34,283 nt of DNA, taken from positions 1-34,283 of the forward strand of contig CAYGGQ010000001.1 of NCBI GenBank assembly GCA_964349535.1, given 5' to 3'. Position 1 is the first letter of the stretch. The number at the start of each line of letters is the position of its first letter. This DNA comes from an uncultured Gammaproteobacteria bacterium. Its GTDB lineage: Bacteria; Patescibacteriota; Patescibacteriia; 2-12-FULL-60-25. A model generated the notes under the pieces. That model saw only the letters and a program-made list of their open reading frames with translations. It was not told the DNA's origin and did no database searches. Positions 24,683-30,968 of this stretch are shown in pieces. The translations under genes were made by a program, and so were the position numbers.

Positions 24683-25540
24683 TTACTCCCGCAAGCGGGG
24701 CACCGAGTAGTACGAGTTGCCATCGCTGCGGCCGTGGGCGCTGACGCGCACCTGACGATTGTCACGGTCGAAGAGCACGATCACGACGCGCTGCCACGCC
24801 TCGTCGCCGTCCGCGGGGACGTTGACCTCGTAGCCAGCGGCGAACAAGCCGGGGAGCTTGTCGTAGTCGATGGCCTGGATCATATCCTTGAACAGCCATA
24901 CGATGACGAGCAGCTCGTCGGCGAGCGACTTGGAATCGCGCACCGCCGTGATGCTCTCGCGCTTCCGGTTGGTGTCGAGGTCGGCCACGATCCATTCGAC
25001 GACCGCGTGGTGCGTGTTGTTGCCGGAGAGCAGCCGCAGGCGCTCCACGGGCGTGCCCTCGTACTCGACCTTGCCCGAGTGGAGCAGGTTCCAGCGCCAG
25101 AAGCGACCTTCGCCGAAGACGTGCTGGAGGCGGGCATAGTGCGCTTCGAAGGTCTTGGCCACGCCCTCGTCCCCTTCGCCGAAGCGGATGCGGAACGAAC
25201 GGTAGGCGGACTTGCCTTTCGGCCACGCGGGAGCGGAGGAGGCGAGACGGACGAAGTCCTCCTCGGTCATTCCCCACTTTTCCTCGTCGTTCGCACGACG
25301 GAGAGCGGTGAGCTGTGCCTCGACGGTCATCTCATACGGGTTCTTCTCGGCGCGGGCGAGCTGCTCGTTGATGAACTGGATGAGCAAGCTCGCGTTCTCA
25401 CCCTCCTTGCCGCCGCGCATCCAATCGGTGTGTGCGGTCGTGCCGCCCGCCTTTTCGATGACACGGAGGGTGGAGTGAAGCAGGTCGTGCTCGATCTTCG
25501 TGATGGGGTTGGCCATTGGCGTCACCCGTTCCTTTCGCAT
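24683..25540 (-). CDS. DGR target (variable) protein with the VR at its C-terminus. No recognisable N-terminal domain.
   Basis: 285-aa ORF. An alternative start at ATG 25516 (MANPITK) has AAGGAA upstream. The last 45 codons are the VR. The TR AAC codons are in frame with this ORF, which fixes the coding strand. Confidence 0.85.
   Translation of the reverse strand: MRKERVTPMANPITKIEHDLLHSTLRVIEKAGGTTAHTDWMRGGKEGENASLLIQFINEQLARAEKNPYEMTVEAQLTALRRANDEEKWGMTEEDFVRLASSAPAWPKGKSAYRSFRIRFGEGDEGVAKTFEAHYARLQHVFGEGRFWRWNLLHSGKVEYEGTPVERLRLLSGNNTHHAVVEWIVADLDTNRKRESITAVRDSKSLADELLVIVWLFKDMIQAIDYDKLPGLFAAGYEVNVPADGDEAWQRVVIVLFDRDNRQVRVSAHGRSDGNSYYSVPRLRE
24687..24821 (-). repeat. DGR variable repeat (VR).
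   Basis: Counterpart of the TR. It encodes VPADGDEAWQRVVIVLFDRDNRQVRVSAHGRSDGNSYYSVPRLR, against the TR-encoded VPENDDEAWQNVVIVNFNRDNRQVNVNANDRSNDNSNYSVPRLR. Confidence 0.92.
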
Positions 25541-25676
25541 GCCGCAGACTGTCCAGACTCAGGATCATTCCCTAGTACGTGGAGTTGTCGTTTGTTGAAA
25601 GCGGCCTGTTAAAGCCCACAGAATGAGCTACAAAACGCCACTTTCAACAATAGGTTGCTATTTCAAAGAACATACA

Positions 25677-25705
25677 TTTATAGCATGTTTTCTGGGAAAA
25701 GTCAA
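25677..25705 (-). promoter_or_regulatory. Strong sigma-70-like promoter for the DGR target gene.
   Basis: Minus strand reads TTGACT (25705-25700), a 17-nt spacer, then TATAAA (25682-25677). It lies about 130 nt upstream of ATG 25540. Confidence 0.5.
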
Positions 25706-25853
25706 GCGCAGTACCTGTGCTTTTGCCTTATTTAGCCGGATTTATTGTAATAAACCAACTTTATCCAACAGAACCTATCTTACCACCCCCTCTTCCGCTG
25801 TCATGCTGTCTTATATATGTAATTCGTGCTAAATTTTCTGACGCTTACTGCTT

Positions 25854-26792
25854 ATGTTCCCGTCCCCCCTCCGCCTCCTCTTCCTTGGCACCTCCTCCTT
25901 CGCCGTCCCTGCGTTACGTCATTTAGCGAATGACAAACGCTTTCTCGTCACAACCGTCATCACGCAGCCTGACCGTCCCGTTGGTCGTCATGCCACGCTC
26001 ACACCCCCTCCCGTAAAAACGACCGCCCAAGAACTCAAGATCCCCGTCTTACAGTTTGAGCATGTAAAAAAAGATGACGCGTGGGATATTCTGAAAGAGC
26101 TCCACGCGGATGTCGGCGTTGTCGCGAGCTTTGGCCAGATCATCCCCCAACGACTGCTCGATCTGCCACGTCTTGGTATGGTCAACATTCATACCTCGCT
26201 CTTACCGCTCTATCGCGGAGCGTCCCCCATTGCCGAAGCGATAAAAAATGGCGATACAGAAACGGGTGTCACGATCATGAAAATGGATGCTCTGTTGGAT
26301 CATGGTCCTATTCTTCACGTTGCCCACGAAACGATCCTTCCAACCGACACCACCGCGAGCCTAGAAGAGCGCTTAGCAAAGCTTGGCGCAGAGATCCTTC
26401 CTGATACGCTCATCGCTTACGCAGAAGGTCAACTCACTCCGCAAGAGCAGGATCATACCAAGGCGACGTCGGTGAAACTCTTATCCCGCGAAGACGGTCA
26501 ACTGGATTGGCAAAAAACTGCTGAAGAGCTGGAACGTCTTGTACGCGCTTATCATCCTTGGCCTGGAACATTTACCATGCTCGACGGGAAACGACTGAAA
26601 ATTTTTAAAACACTCGTTGGCCCAACCTCCTCCCGCTCCCCCGGTAGTCGCTTTATGACTGATCAACTCCCCTGTATCACCGCGGGACAAAACACCTCGT
26701 TATGTCTTCTTGAAGTACAGCCAGAAGGCAAGGCTATGATGACAGGCGAGGCTTTTTTACGTGGAAACATGCACTGGGAAACAGTGCATTGA
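25854..26792 (+). CDS. fmt: Methionyl-tRNA formyltransferase.
   Basis: Contains LLFLGTSSFAVPALRHL, TQPDRPVGR, NIHTSLLPLYRGASPI and the C-terminal domain. Confidence 0.9.
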   Translation: MFPSPLRLLFLGTSSFAVPALRHLANDKRFLVTTVITQPDRPVGRHATLTPPPVKTTAQELKIPVLQFEHVKKDDAWDILKELHADVGVVASFGQIIPQRLLDLPRLGMVNIHTSLLPLYRGASPIAEAIKNGDTETGVTIMKMDALLDHGPILHVAHETILPTDTTASLEERLAKLGAEILPDTLIAYAEGQLTPQEQDHTKATSVKLLSREDGQLDWQKTAEELERLVRAYHPWPGTFTMLDGKRLKIFKTLVGPTSSRSPGSRFMTDQLPCITAGQNTSLCLLEVQPEGKAMMTGEAFLRGNMHWETVH

Positions 26793-26856
26793 CAATTCCC
26801 CCCATTTCTTTACGATAAGGGCATTCGTACTTTTGATAAAAAAGAAAGGAGGGCGC

Positions 26857-27621
26857 GTGGCAAAACGACCCATCTTGAAAAATAATTATGCGGGGCGGCT
26901 TGAGAACATCAAAATGCGCCCCTTTTTCCACCGAGGCGAGCTCTATACCTGCCTCATGCATGATATGCTCGCGGATCCCGCGATCTATCCCGATCATCTC
27001 TATCTTCTTTTGCAGATGGTGCATAGCGTGGAAAACCCAGAGCACCAACGCTTTTGCCGATTTGCGATTCTGGATACGTTGCTCTCAAAAACACCTCCTG
27101 CTCTGGATCAATCAAGATTCATGGCACAGGCTTTGGCGCATAAACCAGAGGATCGCGTGCGTTCCTTTCTCTGGATTTATGCCACGTCTCACTCTCCGAT
27201 GGATCTGGCACGCGCCCGCCTTTCTGCGAAGCTGCTTGTTGCGAATAATCAATGGGAGCTCGCCGCCATTGCCTTCGTGCATATCGGCTCGATCACCTTT
27301 GATCCCGCAGACTATATCGTCGCCCGATCCCAGGCACAGAAAATACCCTCCTCTCAAGCGCAAACTACCATCCTTTCTGATTTGGCCGTCGTCTCCTGTG
27401 CTCTGGAGGACTTTCTTATCGTGATGAGCGCGAGTGAACATACGCGCGATGAAACCATCATCTTGCATCTGATGAACTTTTTGGAAAAAAGAAGACTCCT
27501 TGGCCTGGCGGCAGAGCTCACGATACAGCTCCCTCCATCCCAAGTACGGACCAAGCAGCATCTGCTAGAACTTTGTCAGCGCTTGCGCGCCGCAAAACGC
27601 CAGCCCCCTTCCTGCCTCTAA
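26857..27621 (+). CDS. Hypothetical protein (predicted helical).
   Basis: ORF 26761..27621. GTG 26857 is preferred because AGGAGG lies 4 nt upstream and it avoids overlap with fmt. The start is uncertain. Confidence 0.5.
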   Translation: MAKRPILKNNYAGRLENIKMRPFFHRGELYTCLMHDMLADPAIYPDHLYLLLQMVHSVENPEHQRFCRFAILDTLLSKTPPALDQSRFMAQALAHKPEDRVRSFLWIYATSHSPMDLARARLSAKLLVANNQWELAAIAFVHIGSITFDPADYIVARSQAQKIPSSQAQTTILSDLAVVSCALEDFLIVMSASEHTRDETIILHLMNFLEKRRLLGLAAELTIQLPPSQVRTKQHLLELCQRLRAAKRQPPSCL

Positions 27622-29081
27622 CCCCCCTTCGCTAAAGCTTCGGGGGGTCTTTGATATAAAAGTAAACACATCTCCCCTAACACGATCAAGAGAATCCCAA
27701 GAGGGTGGTTGATGTAGGGGGTAAAAATATGAATGACAGCCAAGCTCACCACGCTTGTCACAATCGCGACCTTCATCCACTCGGGCAGTTGACTCAACCA
27801 TACTCGACGCAGCAAACTCCCTAACAGACCACACAGGAGCAAAACACCAAAGACGCCAAATTTGATCCATTGATCTAGCCACCCCCACTCAAACGCATAC
27901 GTCGTGACCTTGCCACCCGTCATTTGCACTGCCCTCGGATCTTGACTCTGATAAGTCACGGTTGCTCCAAAACCAGATCCGCGCAGAGGGTGCTCCTGTA
28001 TTTTTTGCCAAAGAACTGGTAGCAACTGCCATCGGCTCACTCCAGCCGCCTCATTTGTCTGCACACGTCCCGCAAACATCTGCCACAAGGCGGCGGGCTG
28101 GATCGCAGGCCAAGGAAAAAGAACAGTCGCAATTACCAAGCAAACTCCCAAGCCACTTCCTCCTAAAAGAATTTTTATATTTTGAACAGGTGGCCACGTC
28201 TTGCGTCGTAAAAGATTGATACCTAAAAAAAGGAGCCCCGCGGCAAGCCCTATCCAAAAACTACGTGACAGACTTGCGATCACCTCCGCAAAAGAAAGAA
28301 CGAACAATCCCTTTGCCCATCGGGGTAGCCGTTGGTCACGACTAAAACTAAGCCACGCGATCACGGCGATCACAACGGGAATCGCATAAATTTGAGATTG
28401 CAAAAAAATGCGATACGCCCCCTCCCCCATGGCGGTGATCTCTCCAACCCCCGTTCGTCGAATCCAAAGATACACCGGGCCACCAACGGAAAACCAACCA
28501 TGGGAAAAATCGTAGAGCAGCTCGAGCGTTTTCATGGGCAACCAAAACAACCCGACTAAAATCGCAGGATAAAGAACCTGTTTCAGTTTTTCGCGTCGAT
28601 TTTGCGCCAAATCCAATGCGGGTAACAGCAACACCCAAACAACCCAGGCATTTGCATCAGCCCACAAAAATACATTTCCATTCCACCAACCGATCAATAT
28701 CGCATGTATAACCCCGACCGCGAGCCAAAAATAGATCCGCCGTCCCTTGAGGTGTGTGGGCCATGTCTTCCATGTTTTGAAACGCAACGACCAGATCAAC
28801 CAACCCAGTATAAACGCGACGAACATCAACACGCGAAGGGAGTGACCACCATCCGCTTGTGCATCCGCTCCAAGTTTAAAAAACGCACCTTTCGATCCAA
28901 CTAAAAATTCCAGAATCAGCGCGCTCAACGCCACTTCTGGACGAACGATGGAGACTCCGAACATAAGCAGAGCGACCGTCACCGCCAAAACACTGCTGAT
29001 CATCGGGTCAAAGACTGTGACCATCGAAAGACTTTCGACCACTAAAAGAACGATTGCCCAATAAAAAATTTGTCGTTTCAT
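27618..29081 (-). CDS. O-antigen ligase / Wzy_C family membrane protein.
   Basis: ORF 27618..29216 trimmed to ATG 29081 (MKRQIFYWAIVLLVV...), because the first 45 codons are read from a palindromic repeat. Polytopic, with FAEVIASLSRSFWIGLAAGLLFLG. Confidence 0.65.
   Translation of the reverse strand: MKRQIFYWAIVLLVVESLSMVTVFDPMISSVLAVTVALLMFGVSIVRPEVALSALILEFLVGSKGAFFKLGADAQADGGHSLRVLMFVAFILGWLIWSLRFKTWKTWPTHLKGRRIYFWLAVGVIHAILIGWWNGNVFLWADANAWVVWVLLLPALDLAQNRREKLKQVLYPAILVGLFWLPMKTLELLYDFSHGWFSVGGPVYLWIRRTGVGEITAMGEGAYRIFLQSQIYAIPVVIAVIAWLSFSRDQRLPRWAKGLFVLSFAEVIASLSRSFWIGLAAGLLFLGINLLRRKTWPPVQNIKILLGGSGLGVCLVIATVLFPWPAIQPAALWQMFAGRVQTNEAAGVSRWQLLPVLWQKIQEHPLRGSGFGATVTYQSQDPRAVQMTGGKVTTYAFEWGWLDQWIKFGVFGVLLLCGLLGSLLRRVWLSQLPEWMKVAIVTSVVSLAVIHIFTPYINHPLGILLIVLGEMCLLLYQRPPEALAKGG
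27622..27647. repeat. GC-clamped hairpin, copy 2 of the repeated motif. It sits at the convergent gene ends.
   Basis: Sequence CCCCCCttcgctaaagcttcGGGGGG. The flank GTCTTTGATATAAAA resembles the copy 1 flank GTTTTTGTTTATATAAA. Confidence 0.55.
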
Positions 29082-29093
29082 ATTACAGTCTCT

Positions 29094-29196
29094 GTCATTC
29101 CTGCGAAGGCAGTCGTGCCTAAGGCAGATCCGCCTTAGGCGGAGAATCCATCCGACCGATCGGATTCCGATGGATTCCTGCCTTCGCAGGAATGAC
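29094..29196. repeat. 103-nt nested palindromic element (three-way-junction-like), intergenic within the glycan operon.
   Basis: The outer inverted repeat is a perfect 19 bp: GTCATTCCTGCGAAGGCAG (29094-29112) against CTGCCTTCGCAGGAATGAC (29178-29196). It encloses two hairpins: GCCTAAGGC-agatcc-GCCTTAGGC (29117-29140) and GAATCCATC-N16-GATGGATTC (29144-29177). Confidence 0.8.
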
Positions 29197-29217
29197 AAAT
29201 ATTCTATAAATTTCATA

Positions 29218-29925
29218 TTACAATTTATGCTTCGCCTTCACAATCGCTTCTGCCTCACGATACTGTTTTATCAGAAGTGGCGTATAGCCAAACAACGGCC
29301 ATGGCAGACGAAAAAGGAAGGCAGGGACCCATCGACTGATCGTCTTTCGATGTTGATCCACGCGTACACGCATCAACGTCTCTTTAATGGCAAATCCTCG
29401 ACCGCCGCGCTCAACAATGGTCAGCCATAAATCCCAGTCCTGAAATCGTTTCAACGATTCATCAAAGCCAGGAAAGACCTCTCGCCTTAGCATGGCGCTT
29501 GTATGAATGTAATTCCCCTGCTTCAAAGCCTCCACGTCAAATGCTCGTGCGGCAAACTTCTTCCAGCCAAACATGAATGAAGAGTAGGCGAACGCCACAT
29601 CAGGATGATCCATCAACGCCTTCTTCATGACCGCGAGCGTCTGGGGTTCCAGCATAGCATCAGCATCCAAAAACAACAGCAAATCTCCCCGTGCATGACG
29701 AAAGCCTTCGTTCCGCGCAGCCGGAGCACCACGATTTTGGTCAAACCGAAGGAGGTGCAACGGAAACGAAACCGACACAACGTTTAGTCGTGCTTGGAGA
29801 TCATCCGTTGAACCATCGTCCACCAGAATGACTTCAAAGTCTCGTTCTGTTTGACGATCAAGCGCCTTCAAGCAGTCAATGGCATCGGACGCGTGGTTCC
29901 AGACAGGAATAATGACAGAAATCAT
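29218..29925 (-). CDS. Family 2 glycosyltransferase.
   Basis: N-terminus ISVIIPVWNHASDAIDCLKALDRQTERDFEVILVDDGSTDD, with a DxD-type motif FLDADA. Confidence 0.85.
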   Translation of the reverse strand: MISVIIPVWNHASDAIDCLKALDRQTERDFEVILVDDGSTDDLQARLNVVSVSFPLHLLRFDQNRGAPAARNEGFRHARGDLLLFLDADAMLEPQTLAVMKKALMDHPDVAFAYSSFMFGWKKFAARAFDVEALKQGNYIHTSAMLRREVFPGFDESLKRFQDWDLWLTIVERGGRGFAIKETLMRVRVDQHRKTISRWVPAFLFRLPWPLFGYTPLLIKQYREAEAIVKAKHKL

Positions 29926-30968
29926 ATATGCAAAATCTTACGTACCTCTTGCCATCGATCTTCCCAACGAAAATCACGCAACGCTCGCGCGCGTCCCTGC
30001 TCCCCATACTGTTTACGTAATGCCGGTTCCTGGATCAAACGTTTTAACGCTTCAACCAGTGCCGATCGATCATTTGGATCGACAAGGATACCTGTCATCC
30101 CATCGAGCACGGCTTCGACGGCTCCCCCACTTTTGCCAGCAACGACCGGTAACCCTGCCATCGCCGCTTCAAGATAAACAATACCAAACCCCTCGACATC
30201 TCCTTTCTCCTCGCGCACGGGCAACGCGAACACATCCGCCGCGTGATACCACGCATTCCGTTCTTCATCCGTCGCTTGTGGCACGAACAGCACTTGGTCA
30301 CGCACCGACTCGGAAAGTCGTTGAAGTCGTTCACGGTCTAGACCGTCCCCAACGACCACCAGTCGAACACTTTTTGGTAAAGAAGGTAGGGCGTCAATCA
30401 ATCGATCAATCCCCTTGCGTGGCACCAAACGACAGACAGAAAGAATCACTTGGCTGTCTTCAGGAATGTGCACCTGTTGACGAGTCGTCATAGTTATTGG
30501 TGAGTACACCATTGGTTCAACACCCGGTGTGACAATGTGTGGTCGAAGAGTCAAGTCGAAACGGCGAATCTCCTCTGCCGTAAACGACGAATTTGCGATG
30601 ATCGCGTCTGCGTTCCGTAAAATACGGCGCGTCAACCAGGATTTTAAAAAAGTGCTTTGCGCGAGACGAATATCCAGCCCGTGCAGCAGCACCGCATACC
30701 TCGCCCCACCCGTCAGACGCGCAAGCCAAGCGGCCGTCCCAAGCGGCAATACATGACTCACCAAGATCCAATCATACCCCTGCTTACGCAAACGTCTCAT
30801 CCATGAAATAGTCGGCAACCACCTGGGCCAGGTCGGTTGCATGAATACCGTCTGCTCCGCAAAAACATCTATCATCCCTTGAGAAGCGCGGACCAAATTA
30901 TATAAATAACGCGCCACCCCTCCCTGCTTGGGTGGATAATCCAGAGTGACTAAAGCAATCTTAGACAT
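29922..30968 (-). CDS. Family 4 (GT-B) glycosyltransferase.
   Basis: Contains EGFGIVYLEAAMAGLPVVAGKSGGAVEAVLDGMTGILVDP. ATGA-type overlap with the downstream GT2 gene. Confidence 0.85.
   Translation of the reverse strand: MSKIALVTLDYPPKQGGVARYLYNLVRASQGMIDVFAEQTVFMQPTWPRWLPTISWMRRLRKQGYDWILVSHVLPLGTAAWLARLTGGARYAVLLHGLDIRLAQSTFLKSWLTRRILRNADAIIANSSFTAEEIRRFDLTLRPHIVTPGVEPMVYSPITMTTRQQVHIPEDSQVILSVCRLVPRKGIDRLIDALPSLPKSVRLVVVGDGLDRERLQRLSESVRDQVLFVPQATDEERNAWYHAADVFALPVREEKGDVEGFGIVYLEAAMAGLPVVAGKSGGAVEAVLDGMTGILVDPNDRSALVEALKRLIQEPALRKQYGEQGRARALRDFRWEDRWQEVRKILHI

Larger units (their letters stand above)
22702..25705 (-). mobile_element. Diversity-generating retroelement cassette (target/VR, TR, avd, RT) inserted between def and fmt.
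   Basis: See the component features: RT with the DGR signature, Avd, and a 135-bp TR/VR pair with adenine-only mismatches. Confidence 0.9.

Noticed and set aside
24734-25612. 292-aa plus-strand ORF, the longest ORF in the 24.7-25.6 kb region.
   Set aside because: It is the antisense shadow of the GC-rich DGR target gene, with L/V/G/D/E/R-rich low-complexity composition. The TR AAC codons and the adenine-specific mismatches are in frame and on-strand only for the minus ORF 24683..25540.
29082-29216. First 45 codons of ORF 27618..29216 (MKFIEYLSFLRRQESIGIRSVGWILRLRRICLRHDCLRRNDRDCN), together with the plus-strand ORF 29170..29430 (MDSCLRRNDK...).
   Set aside because: Both are read straight through the nested palindromic element. 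A palindrome gives open frames on both strands. The membrane protein begins naturally at MKRQIFYWAIVLL (ATG 29081).
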